A stretch of 64,000 nt of DNA, from assembly GCF_964355755.1 (NCBI RefSeq), contig NC_092673.1:29571648-29635647 (forward strand), in the 5' to 3' direction. Shown one piece after another: positions 25,356 through 39,918 of this stretch (positions are counted from its first letter, which is position 1; each line of letters opens with the position of its first letter). The translations under genes were made by a program, and so were the position numbers. The DNA is from Antedon mediterranea. Its lineage: Eukaryota; Animalia; Echinodermata. A model generated the notes under the pieces. It was not told the origin of the DNA. It saw nothing but the letters and a program-made list of their open reading frames with translations, and did no database searches.

Positions 25356-28315
25356 GTAACAATAATAGGCCTCTATGGTCTTTTAATCAAATGTTAGCTA
25401 TATTCTCAACAACGTGTATAACGTTTGTTTTCTCGGTAGCCTAGCTATTGCTCTTGGGATCTGCCATCAGTCGCAGTAAAATCAATTTCTGTGTCATCTG
25501 CCGCATCCCAATTCCCTTACTATTTGCTCGACTCGATATTAGGACACCGCGATTATATTCGTTACATAACACTCCATACGAGAATCAATCGCTATACAAC
25601 AAAATATCGCATTTAAAAAAACAGAAAATATGTTAAAAAATATTGCATTGAAATGTCTATGTTCCCGGAGGCACATGAGTAAGCAAGGTAATGTACGTCG
25701 TACTATCGGTTTGTTTACATCGGTGAATTTAGTCGTTCCACGTAATATAGCCGTTCTACTCGTGAGTAAACTCGGCAAGGTAAGGTATTGCATGTGCCTA
25801 GAATAAACACATGTTTTTGTAGCATTACGACTTTTCCTATAAACTGTACCATTATACCTGACTGTATAAATAATATTCCCAATCGGTTTAATCTATCGAA
25901 AACTAGAACATATATTAGCAGTCAAAACAATAGTGACTATAATGAATAATTTCGGTAATACACGTATAAACGCAATTAAGTTGATTTAATATTCTTTGCA
26001 GCCCGATTGATCACTATTCCGCTGTCTGAAGCTAAACCCTAGAAAATGCATCTATATTTGTCTAATTAGGCCTATCTATGTTCTTTCGTTATAAAGTTAG
26101 GCCTATATACTATTATTAGTATTCATGTATGTATTCATTCTGCTTTATTTTATACCATTTATTGTATCAAATTATTCGGCACCAGACATATGCCCGGCAT
26201 GTCTGATCTTATTTCTTAAGTTTATTTTTTAGTCGCTGTCAACTATCTTTCTCAATCACGTATCATTTTAACCATTTATAAATTATTGTTTTCATCAGTC
26301 TTGCCAACAATATAGGCCTAATATCTTAATTATCATTACTGGTTACAAGGAAAACTTTCCTTTAGTAATATGAACTTTCATCATTTTCGTTGTAATCGTT
26401 ATAATTATCTTCATCACCTGAATAAATATGGTCGTGGACTCTAATATACATGTCATAATCATCATCGTCGTCAAAATCATCTTTATCGTCATCTTATCCT
26501 TCTCGGTAAACAATAAGGAACTCTGTTAGAATCAAGTAGGCCTATTGGTTAAACATGTTACCAATACAGTTGGTCCCCTACCTGTATGTAGTAAATATAC
26601 TTGTATCGGGTTAAGAATTTGTCGAGGTAGTAGGAACACACCAATTTAAATTTATCTAGATTAGGCCTAAAATTGTTGGTAATTATATTAATAAGTTTGC
26701 GTTGTTGCAAATATCTACCAACACCTCAACTTTAAGGAGATGTCGCATATACGTTGAGCATTTAACATACTAAAAAACAAAACGCAAAATCCCACAAGAA
26801 TTGTCTACGTTAAAAGGTACGGAATCATTCATTAAGCAAGATAACTATTATATAAGAGGTTCTTGTCGAATGTCAAATGTATATTACATTACTATAGGTA
26901 AACTAAAATAGTTGACATGACTTAAATTTAAATGTATCTGTTTTTTATTTAATTTTCTAAAGAATGTTATTTATTCTCGTCAGTTTGTGTTCGGTAATTG
27001 TCGAGGAATTGAAAGAACGCAATTGAGGCCTTTCAAGAGTCTATAGAATATTCATTTTCGCAATCCTTAATTATTAATGATAAAGATTTATTGAGGCTAA
27101 ATGTCTACACATTGACACATCGCGTACTAAAATGGTTGAGAGACAGTTTTACCCTGACAAGGAAAACTGTCTTTAATGTAAATATGTATGATATAAATAT
27201 ATACACATACTTTTTTTAAACAACACATTTATGATGTACACATTTACATAAAATACTTACAATTTCAGGAGTGCATGCAATATATTTATATTCCCAATGA
27301 TATTAATAATTATATTTTTGTAGAACGTTACAGGTTACAATACGGTAATGTTTGATAGGCCTATCATTATATAGCCCATACCTAATTGTCAGTATTTTAC
27401 TAATACTAAAAACTTATATATAGCCTGTAAATATAATTACATACGAAGTAATAATGAAATGAATGAAATCGAATCTAAACATTAATATAGGCCTAGGGTA
27501 GACTTAACTGGAATTGGAGTTAGTATTTGTTCAAATGCAACGTTTAAATATCACACGAATTCATACTTATGTCGACTAAAAAGACTTACTTATTGAAGTA
27601 GGTCTATAAAAGAAATTACTATAATTAAATGGCGCAGATGATTGATAAAGTAATATTTTAAAATATGATTTGATCTTTTATCATTTAATACTGGTAATGG
27701 TTACAGTATGACCGTTGTTTTGATGATTCGTTTTACTACTACTGTGATTTTGTATTCGACTAAAATGATTGTAAATATCGCTCGAAATAGCATTTTATAT
27801 TTTTATTAGACACATGTGCAGTGACTGTTACTACAAGTTCATATAATAGTATAATTGCTCGTACCGTCTGGCCAAAAATGATATTTACAGAAATGTCTCT
27901 CATAGTAGTAATGTGTATAATAATGGCAGACGTTTGTATCTGGCCCGGGGCTCGACACGTTTTCCAGGCGCTATTATATGACTGAATATTCGCACGCGGT
28001 TGGCCTAGCATGTTTTAGAACAGGCTGAGATACACACTAAAAATTGTCGTTATGAACACGAACAGCTAGCGTTGTGACCTGTTATAATAATTTCTGAACG
28101 CTGAAACAAAATGCCGTGCTTTCGATATATCTTGGCCTATGGTGCACTGTAATTGTCTTTGTCTACTAAAGAACACACAGTGCTAAAATATTGACACGGG
28201 GAAATTAATTAGATCACATGATTAAATTGTATATAGACAATTATATTAATGTCATAATAAACCATATTATTGAATATTAAATATATTATTCTATGATTTC
28301 GATTGTGGAAACATG

Positions 28316-28456
28316 GACGCACGCGTACAAACGTTTATGATAATGGCAATGCTTTTGTACGCGCGCGTATAAACGTGGATAATACTGACAATGCTTATGT
28401 ACGCGCGCGTACAAACGTGGACAATAATGACAATGCTTTTTGTACGCGCGCGTACA
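28316..28456. repeat. Tandem repeat, ~40-bp unit x~4 with palindromic TGTACGCGCGCGTACA core
   Basis: ACAATGCTT(T/A)TGTACGCGCGCGTA(C/T)AAACGTGGA repeated. Confidence 0.85.
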
Positions 28457-31184
28457 TTTGATTGTGTTAGTATATCTAGATTTATTTATTGATGTCCACC
28501 ACTAAATCAAATACAAAGTAATGCCTATTTGGTACATCGTTGCATACAAATTAGCCGGTAACGATTTTTTTTCACGCCGATAGTATAGACGAATATAAGA
28601 GAAGAAGCTAATAATAGGATTTAAGTGTTTGTACGTTAAAATACTATTTATAGAATACTTATATATATATATATGTAAGTGCAATTCTTTTAAGGCTCAT
28701 GATTATTACGTACGCACTCCTAGCAATGTTCAATGTACTTTTTATTCATATACCATTAAAAAGTATATGGATAAATGTACGACTGTATAAAATACTATAA
28801 ATACGACTCGGTTGTTATTGAGTACGGTACGGTACCGTAAATTATTACTAAATTTCTTTTTTTTAATTCATTTTCAGCACGCCTAACATTATTACATTAT
28901 GTAGCCATTTAGGCCTATGTCATAACAAACAATATTTGGGCCTAAGTTATGTAAATTTTAGGCCCTATATTTAACAGTCTGTAATAAAAAGAGTAAAAGA
29001 ACTAAAATAGGCCATTATTATAGACGAAGATCTGCATTTAACAATATCATATTTTAGTCGCTAAAATATCGGATAGAATCTGATTGGATATATTTGAAAC
29101 AATTGTTATACGTTGATACGTTTTTGTTAAATTAAAACAATAATCCGCCCGTTCTAATAAATAAGGTTTTCCTTTTTCCAAAACTTGACTTTATTTACAA
29201 ATTTAACTTTTATTTGTTTGCTTCTTACAGTAAACGAACTTCAATTATCAATTATTAGTACGAAAAAAAACACCAAAACAAAATAATGGAACATTCAAGT
29301 GTGTCGGTACCTTTTCTTTTAAGTTTCTCGTAGAATGTCAAGTCCAATGTATAGCGTGTTATGTCATTTTCATCAATACAGAACCTATATTAAAAGTACC
29401 TCATAAAAAAGGGATGTATTTAAAGGGTTCTGTTGCTAGTACTATTCAACGAATAATACGACAAGAGTTTACCCGACATGTCAGGTGTTGTAATGTAGCC
29501 TTCGACATTCTTAATTCAACATTAATCATCATTTATTCTGATTTATAAGATTTTGATTGATCAACTTGGTCCCATAAGACGTATTTGGAAAGCGGCGGCG
29601 TAAGCAATTTCTTCTTTTTTATCAATGTTTGTCAATTATTCCTCCGGTTGCCATGGTTTTCTAACCTATTGTTTAATTGGATCGTTTTATCCTTGCGACA
29701 AAAACAACACCCATGTAACTGAAAATTTCTCAAATGTTGCCTCTCTTCCAATGTTCTTAAATGATAACAAAGTTAGTTCTTGATTGATACAATGTTCTTA
29801 ACTTCGTGAACTTATTTAAAAATGAATAGTATCTTATACAATTGAAATAATCTTTCCAAACACTGGAATAATTTTAAACCTGGTGTTGTTCTTTCTTCAT
29901 CTCTTTGTTGATTTAATTTTAGTCAAATCTAAATTGAGACCCAACCACTTTTGTTACCGACATAATATAATATTTATTTGATTTTGAATTTACTAACTTC
30001 AAATTCAACCCATAAATGCGATATTTTCATCCTCGCATTATGAAACTGACCCATAAATTTCTTTTGATCGCAAAAGTTTATCAGACCGTAACTTTTTTCG
30101 AAAGCAAAAACACATTAAATCATCGTAATGTGAAATCATTTTTACCTACATTTCCATTGAAGCAAAACGGAAATGAATTTTGGAATGTCGGTAAACCGTT
30201 GATGTTATATGGGAGCATAAACCGTCCATCCTTGATTACAGTAACTTGTAACCAAGGCTACAAAGAAGGTTACAAACCCAGACTTACACCAGGAAGTAAA
30301 GATAACATTAATGTACTAAGAAAACATTTTAGGACTCCGTTACCATTGGTTTGGTCTCGTAAATCCGACCGTTTAGAACCGTAAACATAATTATGGTCGC
30401 GTTAAGTAAACTTTTAAATACTAATTTAAGCCACGTACTACTTGACCGTGGTGCACAATACTGTGTGTCATAGGTGGTGACGATGACATGAATTCGACGC
30501 GCGCGTTGAAACTATTCAATCAAAAATATTTAAAAATACATATGTTGATATAAAGTTTGCGGTACACCACGTGTATTAGTTCAGAAAAGAACTGTTTCTC
30601 GAAGTTTCGATGAATATGCTTTGATCGTTCTCAACAAATACATACAAATAAAAACTATTTCTCAGCTGATGTATTGATTGTTGTAGCTCAAATGAGCTAG
30701 CTCCGACCAGGACCTTGCACGTAAAACTGTAGAGCATTGAGGGATGGTTGTATGATCGTTTTCAGTACGTCCATATTGTTTGACAAAAGCAACTTTGGCC
30801 TACTCAAATGTCATAGATTTGATTATGTTTTAACCTTAAATAAAGGGATCTCCTTCTATTTTACTACTGTATTACGTTTATACATACTCAGTCAGTCCAA
30901 TTCATAAACATTTGAAACCGATCAACAACGTAACTGGATGTATCAGTCGATAATAATCCATCGCATATAAACAAAGTATGATATATAGGCATATATCAAT
31001 AATATAAAAGAACAACGTTTTGACTAAATTTAAACAAATGGATTTGTTGTTGCCTAAGCACAGTTTATATATTCACTGATAATCTCTGACCAAATATCAC
31101 AATCACGAATGGCTATAAACTTTAATATTTTCATTGCTTGAATTGTTAAATAATATTTGTTGTTTTTTTTGTTTTGTTTCACAG

Positions 31185-31341
31185 TACATGTGGCCTAGCA
31201 CGTGCTCACTTTGAGAAGCAGCCGCCTACCAATCTACGAAAGAGTAATTTCTTCCATTTTGTGATAGCTCTATATGATAGAGCTGGACAACCAGTTGAGA
31301 TAGAAAGAACATTATTTGTAGATTTTATAGAAAAAGATACA
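31185..31341 (+). CDS. COE: COE/EBF exon 2 (157 nt), DNA-binding domain start
   Basis: (S)[52 protein letters not shown]; TTTCACAG| acceptor and |GTAAGT donor. Confidence 0.98.
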
Positions 31342-31380
31342 GTAAGTATATGTTGTGCACTAAGTTTTTCCACATTCTAG

Positions 31381-31534
31381 AGCTCTGTCTACATCATTAA
31401 ACAAAAAAAAGTGTGATGTGCCCAAATATGGTCGTGATATACCCAAATTTGGTAGTGATATGACATCATCATGTCCATACATGGGCACATCATATTTGTT
31501 TTAGCACATCAAGTTTGATAGTGTAGACAGAGCT
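31381..31534. mobile_element. MITE family A (PIF/Harbinger-like), copy 1
   Basis: TIRs AGCTCTGTCTACA...TGTAGACAGAGCT; flanks TAG/TAA; internal CCCAAATATGG repeats shared with other copies. Confidence 0.85.
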
Positions 31535-32782
31535 TAAGATTGAGATGTTTACTTGTGCAGCAAGGCAAACGCCCTAAGACGGTACGAAAAGAACATAAAA
31601 AGTGACTGGAACATTTGTTGTTCCTCCGTATCAGATTGAACGGTAACGAGGTCCAATAAAACGTACCCAGTAAACCTGCTTTTAATTTCGTTCCATAGAT
31701 TATAGTCCGTGTTTTCCTCAATAAACTAAACGATTTGAAAAATGTGGGTCTATCTTTCCTTGTTACTGTACCATTGTACATTTTATAATATAACAATAAT
31801 CATTTAAACCTTGTCTTTAACGACACGCGTCAGCTATTAATTTAATTTGAATAACATCCATAGAAAAACAAATTACATAAAATTGTATTTTCGGTCAAAC
31901 GCCGCCGCAAGTAGCGCGTGCAGGAGGGGGATTTGGTCACAATCTATCTTGACCACATGGCTTGGCCTATCTCATCATACAAAATATTGTTTCCTGTCTT
32001 TCATAACGGTTTATTCAAACAAAAAGATTATTACAACTATTGTCTGATAATGCCGTCAATTATATTTTGTTCACTTAATCTAACGTCTTCTGTTATACTT
32101 TGTGGGTTTTTAAAAGTTCCCGCTATTAAAATACACTGTTTTGATATTATTTTGAGTGGAAGCTATTTCCAATTATAAACCCGATAACAGACCAAATGCA
32201 TTAAAGATTTACTTCGAAAAGAAAACATTTAAGGGGGATAATTCGTATAAACCTAACACCGCACTCTGAAAACAGTTTCGACTTATTTTACGGTTTTCTT
32301 GTTAAAAAATGTATCAATTAATGATACAGTTGCTCTCCCTAGGCGTAAAATAGTTCAGCAAGGAGGTTCTATTGGCTTGCGGTCATAATACTGAAAAGTT
32401 TACCTCCAACTACACTTGCACACCTAACTTAACAAAATTTATAATTGAAATCGTTATTTATTATTTTTATTGGAATAATAATAACTGAATCGCCAACCAT
32501 GTGTTTAAATGCGCAATTAAATGTTAGAGCGCAACCCTTTAGACCTGTTAAGTCAAATCTTAAAAGGTTTTAAACGTCAGTTAGAAGATTTGAGCAGTTA
32601 CTATGCGTTCATTCAGCTGGAGAAGTTATGATTTTTGAACCGTATTGATGGTATTATGCCCGCGGAGGCAGCTGACAACACAGAAACATCTCTCGCTACG
32701 TTAAGATTCACCTCCCGGGTGTCCAAACCTGCGGGTCAATTTCACGGCAGTTTGGCTTGAACATTTCTTTTTGATTTTTCAG

Positions 32783-32846
32783 GAGCCCGACAATCAAAAG
32801 ACAAATAATGGTATCCATTATCGATTGCATCTTCTCTACAACAGTG
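32783..32846 (+). CDS. COE: COE/EBF exon 3 (64 nt)
   Basis: EPDNQKTNNGIHYRLHLLYNS(G); TTTTTCAG| and |GTAAGT. Confidence 0.97.
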
Positions 32847-35483
32847 GTAAGTGTTACTTTATTGCAGAAAGTTAAAATGATGTTAAAAAGATAGAAAAGA
32901 TAACAATACCTCTTTGTGGAAATACCGGTGCCATATGTAATGCCGTGTACAAAATGCATCGGGTTAGTGGTATTATAAATACAGTTGTGACATTGGCTGC
33001 TGTCAAAAAAAAACAACAAAAAACCGACGAATTATGACGTCATACTCATTTTAAGACGACATTCGGTAACTTATGGAACACTTAAGAATATTAAAATCAA
33101 AGTGGTTAGAAAATCAAATGCGTAAAAGATCGGAAAAAATCCTTTCATTTATATCAAAGTGCGTTTTAAAAGATGTATGAAATATGTGTGTAATTTTAAA
33201 CGAATGATTGATAATGCTGTTTGGAAGAATGATTGATTCGTCATGGGAATTTAAAAAACAAATGATGGTCAATAGCACCGACCAATCAGTGTCCATTGTG
33301 TTTATTTAAACTACTCATTTCAGAGAAGAGTTAAAAACGCGTTTTCACCATCAAAATATAGCATTAGCGAAATTTCGTTTTCTCGATACGCGCGCCACAC
33401 TAGACTACGCGCCTATCGCATGTGTTATGTTATGACTTTTTAACTCGTTATTAGCTACGGAGGTCTGGATCGGAGTGCGTGAAATCTCTCTTTTTAAAAA
33501 AGGGTATTCCCCTTATTGAATATAACCGCCGGTTTTTTAATTTTATTATTTTAAAATCTTCAAGACGGTAAGGTTTTTTCACCATGGTGTTTGCTACTCA
33601 TAAGTCTATACACGGTAATTGAAATTATTTATACCAAATACAATACACTCACTCGATTGATGAGAGCCTTATGATATTATTAATTATGCCTAAGTTCCTA
33701 GATATTAAATGTAATATATAATAATAATTAGTTGATATAAAATTAAGTTATAGTGCTAATAAGAATCGTCATAAATGGTCATAATTTCATTTTGTGAGTA
33801 TATCCAGTGATCTCCCCGGATAAATCATATTGGTTTCACGTTGTATACCCGGGCGTACATATTTTATCAGCTCGGTAGCCATTCGATTATGATTCAATGG
33901 TGTCGACACGCAGACAGTTCGTTAGATTTCACAGTTTCTTCTAAGTTTATGAAATAAGCGAAATCCAATAAAGCGACAACGGTATGTTTATTCAGTTAAA
34001 GCCAAATTACGCGGTTGCATTCGACAAGACACCAAATCAGATTAGTACGCGACGGTCTCCAATACTCAACACTCTTTACGACATGTATTCAGACTGTAGT
34101 TAATAGTTCTATCGTAATGTTGTTATGCTAATTATTTAGATGCAAATAGACCATTTACATTTTAAAATGTCTGATTGCCGGGTCACATTTAATCCCATGC
34201 TTTTTCTTCGTGAAATAAACGATATAAATCTACAATTTCGGAAAGTAAAAACGGTGTCCTCTCTGACTTCTTGTTGACCATGTTATTATCGGTTAATATT
34301 CGGTATCATTGGTAAGACGCGACCGGTCAGACGAAACAATGTATTTATATTTGATTAGGTACCGTATAAATTATATTTCATTGTTTATTTTCGTTTAATG
34401 TTAATGCACGATGTAATGTTAAACATTGTCATTGATGAAACCACATCGTATTTTACGCGCGCGTTCCAATATTTGTACAACTACTTCAGTACGTGCGCGT
34501 TCCAATATTTGTACAACTACTTTAGAACGCGCTTAAAATATTTTTATCACTTCGTAATTTTCGTTTCGTTTCTTAAATTATATTATATTATATATATATT
34601 TTTTTTAAACCTGAAATGTATTATTTATTTATTATCATATTAAAATATTTAAACGATTGATTAAACATAATTTGACCGCATAAACAATAAAGACAAATGT
34701 GTTGTGATCGGATTGTTTAATATTTCGTTTTTTTATGGTTAAAAGGTTCTCTAACATACGGTATTAAAATAAACAATGTAAATAATTCTTTGAACAATAA
34801 AAAAAACCTATCTGTTTACGTTTATATCATGCCTTTGCTGTTGTAATTTATTTGGCAATTATGTATTAGTGGATTAATTACGGGTTTCAGTGTCAGCGCC
34901 TTCGGTTCTATCTCGACCTCAGTAGTGTCTATAAGCCGTGTACGTTGCCATTCATTCCTCGGGAGTAATCGTAACTGTAAAGAAAAATACTAATATGAAA
35001 ATAATGTCCTTAGGCTTAGCTTATCTGAGCATGCGTGTGTTTACTGATATTAATGGGTCTTCAAACTTAGATTCGTAATTTACATTAAACAAATAATTAA
35101 AAAAATTCCGATATGTGGTTTAAATTATAAAAATAATGGATTTTAGCGGCCATTAGCATTTGTCTAAAACCAATTGCGACGATAATGGTGGTACGGAAAA
35201 GACGACACGCAAAAGAACGAAATTTGCAATCAGGATGGTTACGACGTCGACGATATTGATTAACGAACTGATGACGTCGAATGAAGATGACATGGTGATA
35301 ACGAGTTCGTCCGATAGTATTTAACTAAAATAAAAACACTACGGACCAATGTCAAGATAATTATAACAATTATTAAAATAAATATTCCAACACCTCTTGT
35401 TTACAAAAAATATGCTTATGTTATGTGCTATATGGTGTAACGTAACACATAACAACTATTAAAATGAAAATCATATTTTTCAG

Positions 35484-35539
35484 GAGTACGTTCAGTACAA
35501 GATATATACGTACGGCTGATTGATTCTATGACGAAACAA
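35484..35539 (+). CDS. COE: COE/EBF exon 4 (56 nt)
   Basis: (G)VRSVQDIYVRLIDSMTKQ; TTTTTCAG| and |GTAAGT. Confidence 0.96.
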
Positions 35540-36145
35540 GTAAGTGTTGCCAGGTTATTTTAGATTTTTGAATCATAGTATGCATGATTTCTCACGCCTA
35601 AGAAAATCCAATAGTAATTCACGTTTATTAACTTTATATCTTCTTGTGTGCAAACTAAGATAGAAATAGGTGTTACATTATAAACGTTCAAAGCTTTGTT
35701 AATTTTTTTCGCAAGATACAAAAAAAAACCAGTCTCAATTAAAGGTTCTAAAATTATTAACATCTTTAAAATTGAATAAGGATACTAAACTTTCGAAAAC
35801 CTTTTTATATTTTGTATTAGTTAATTGTCACGTGATGTATTAAAGGCCCTCTACGGTGCAAAACTTTTTATCAAACCAATAGAACAGTGTACTTTAGCTA
35901 TCATTAAATTGTAATATTCGTAAACATTTAAATACTCTATGATATACTGTGAAATATTTTCAAACAATGCTTTACAATATTTCAAAATATTTATGCCGAT
36001 TAAATAATATAAATTAACATTTTGAAATTATATTAATTTCGACCAGTTGTGTTGTAGTGACACTTTCTCCACCTGGTAGAAAAATGGTTCGGCCCGAAAA
36101 TAAACACAAACACACAAACATTATTTTACCTCTCTTCTTAAGATC

Positions 36146-36914
36146 GGTGACTACTTCTTCGCATGCAGCTAAAGTAAAATGACGTCACGTTAAAGTGTGT
36201 CGTCATAGAGTCTCATGCATATTAATGAAGCAAACTTGCTGAGAGTGTTTTCCACCACACCACACACGCCGCGCGACGCGAGATTTATCGAAACTCCTGA
36301 GCCCATCATCGACTGACACAGTGACAGTGACGATCATGTTTTTGACAATTAAAATCTGATCAGTATGGCATATACAACAAAATATAATTGTTTTCACTGC
36401 TGAGGATAATAAATATAATGTATTTAATTTTAACGCCTAGATACTTCCAGTGCGAATACAAAATAATAATAATGTACAGTATTAGTATGTATTTTCAAAT
36501 GCTGCAAGGCATGAGACCCGAAATAGGCTAGGCCTAGGTGGCAGCGCACGTGCATTATACCTAGCTAGAGCTAGGGTGTGTTGGAAGTGTAGCTAGTGTG
36601 CTGGGTTGTGTACATCTGCACGATGCCTCGCGGTGGTAACGATGAAGGAGGATATGGAGGCCTATAAGTGATCGTAGGTACTACTCTAAATCCTAGCTCA
36701 TCTAAGCCAAATGGGTCAAATAAAAAACTATATTTAATCTGCTTCTTTGTTATCAGGAACAATATCGGAATTATTGAAAACATTTTGTAAAATCATGAGC
36801 GCGCAATCAAGAAGCAGAGAGAAAACATTTCTTTTGCATATGCATGAGACTCTGTGACGACACGCTTTAACGTGACGTCATTTTACTTTAGCTGCATGCG
36901 AAGAAGTAGTCACC
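36146..36914. mobile_element. Non-autonomous Mutator-like (MULE) element, 769 bp
   Basis: 77-bp TIRs (36146-36222 and 36838-36914, 2 mismatches) and a perfect 9-bp TSD CTTAAGATC (36137-36145, 36915-36923). No transposase ORF. Confidence 0.92.
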
Positions 36915-39777
36915 CTTAAGATCAGTCATCATCAAAACAAACTTTTGGGTTGTTTTTATGCGTCCCGTGAACACGAAGGATGCGTATATTTTGGTTTTGT
37001 ATTATCATTAAACGTTTTAAAATTGTCAACACAAGTTAGTTCTCCTTTTTCCCAAGCGACAAGAAGAAACCAAAGGTCAATCATTATTCATATAGATAGG
37101 CCTAGCTAGGTCTCTAGGCCTGGTCAATCATTATTCATAGCTAGGCCTAGGCTTGCAAACTCGGTAGGCTAGGCCTCCTCTCCTCCCACACACACGGTGA
37201 CAGTCTAGTCAGGATGAGGAGAGGAGTTATGAAGGCAATTGACAAGTGATCATCTGGTTGGGTACACAATTGCTAACAGGTTTTAACTAAATAAAACACA
37301 TAACCAAGGATTATTGTAAAACAAATCAATTAGAATCCACAAATTTATTTAAATGTACCGTAGACTTTGATTTATGTTATGTGTAGAGTTGTGTTGTGTG
37401 ATGAATAATAGTACAGTGGATGGATGGTATTATTATATGCAAGTTTGTAGTGTGAATAGAGAGGTTTAGCTGGCTGACTGTTTGTAAAAGATTAGACTCA
37501 AAACAGATGTTAGGATTAGTCAGGATCATAGTGACATTTTAGTGTTGGTTTCAATCTGTTGATAACTATGCTGTGTATCTATGTATTTTGCTACTGTATT
37601 CCCCTATGAGAGACTATATAAAATCAGTTGTAATTTACAAGACAATTAATCTCCATTCAAAACCTGATTTAATTATTAAATTCATGAGAATGATTGTCTA
37701 ATATTGCACTTATAGTACTTAGTTGTAGTACCTCTTTGGTTGCATCTCAACTAAGACTATGTGAAGTTGACGCAGTAAGTAAATAAGTGAGGTAATGATT
37801 ACAATCTAAAGGATAGTGGATTGAAAGTAAATGACAATCCTAAAATGTTTTAAATTGATTGGTAACTGAAACAATCTAAAGTGCACAGCCATTGAATTCT
37901 AGAAGATAGAATTGTGGATAATGATCTCCACAGTGGCCTTAACTAGCCAGGCATAGCAAAATCTCCATTATTCTTATTGAAGGCATAAGCGCATGTCACA
38001 CAAGGGAGATTTAAACGTCGGTCCGAAGGGTCTCATTCCAGGTTTGCAAATTGGTTGGGAGCTGTTAACTCGGCCTCTAATGGCCTAGCTTTGTATGCGT
38101 TGAATGGTAAATGAGCCAGAAGCCTTACTGTTGGCTCATTTTGCTAGTCATCAAATTAGGGTCTCTGCCGAAAAACTGGCTTTGATTTTTAAATGCCTTC
38201 ATTTAGGATCTGATTGATGTAAAAATTATGCAACAAGCAACTCCCAGAGATGTTAATTTGTCTTTGTTATAACTCCTTTTATATGACTGTTGTAATTGCA
38301 TATAATTATCAAAGGTTTTTTTTAGTTCAAGCATATTAGTTCAGCATCATTAGTAAAAAGTGGCCCTGTGAGAGATGCGTGACTTTATATACAAGTTTAT
38401 CAGAATAGAGTTTAGATGATTTGTGTTGACTTTAAGTATTTATAAAACCAATTGGCTGCTCAAAGGAAAACCAACTCTTAGTATTCATTTTACAATGAAG
38501 AGAAAACAATCATACCTCTAAATAATAACTTCGTTTTGAAATAAATTTATGGATAAAAAAAATATTGAACTAGTTTTTAATTTGAAATTTTTATAAAATA
38601 GTTTTCTTAACTAAATTTACAATTTAGATAATTTTGAAATATACACAAAATAATAATAAAAACAACAGTTTAAAAATTATTAATTACATTATTATAAATA
38701 ATGAAAATCTGCTGTTTAGTATGTATGATTTTAAACTTTCTTTTTGTTATCTAAAAAACGGCTGTCAACAATCAAGTTTTTCTTACAGATGTTAATTATC
38801 ACTGAGTAAGATGACCATTGTGAAATATGAATCGTACGATATCGTTCATTATTTATTAACTTGCGCCTTTTCCAATGGCCGTTTATCGATTAAATTTCAC
38901 AAGAAAACATCAAGTCAAATTTATAGAAGTTATTTCTGAAATAATTATATTGACTGTTTATAATGAAATAAAAGTAATTAATTAGGTCAATAATCTATTA
39001 TGGTCAGTAATTTGGGGCTAAAATGGGTCTTTTTAGAAATATTTTTGTTCATATACAAATACAAAATTTAAAGAAAATATTTGTGATGGTATTTTAATGC
39101 ATCAATTATTATTATTGACATAAAATGTAAAATAAAAGCAACATAATTATAATTCATTTATTTTTCTAAACATTTTATCACAGTTTAAATTCTGTACAGA
39201 TTAGGAATATTAGTGTTGTTAGTTGTAATTGCTATTATAATGATGATAGTGGTGATTTACATGTAATTTGTTTATCAACAATTCTTTATGAGAATAACGC
39301 CTTCAACTCCCTAATGACAAGTTGATTACGGCCCTTGTATTGTACAAGCAAAGAAAGGCCTATGTGTTATAAATATTTCTACAGTGGACAACACATTTCT
39401 TGCTTGCTACTAGCTCATTCAGCAGTTTTAAATCAAAGCTTAAGATCTTATTATACGAAGCTCTAATTCTAGCCAAGTTCCAACTTATAGTTTCATTTTT
39501 TGCTTTAATCTTTTCCCATCCTACAGTATTGTAAAGAATTGCCATGTCAATGCACCAAGTGGGTACATTTACAATAAGTTTACATTGTTATTGATAGTGA
39601 AATATCAGTGCTGTTATCTTCTCCTTTTAATATTTTAAGAAAGATAATACCAATATATTAGTTATTAATATTAACAGATATAATATATATTAAGAATTTT
39701 ATATAGAAATAGAATAAGTGGAATCAGTAACTGCATCATATTCCATAATCACATATTACCACACTATAATTAGAGTT

Positions 39778-39918
39778 AAGCCTTGTCTCCAATACCAATC
39801 TTTATACATGTGACAAAAAAATGTGATGTGCCCATATATGGACATGATAATTTCATATCACTACCATATGTGGGCATATCACTACCATATGTGGACACAT
39901 CACAGTTTTCTTGTCAAT
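39778..39918. mobile_element. MITE family A, degenerate copy 2
   Basis: ATGTGACAAAAAAATGTGATGTGCCCATATATGGACATGA...CATATCACTACCATAT interior as in the other copies; termini eroded. Confidence 0.75.

Noticed and set aside
30016-30384. 122-aa ORF in COE intron 1
   Set aside because: No recognisable motif or splice context.
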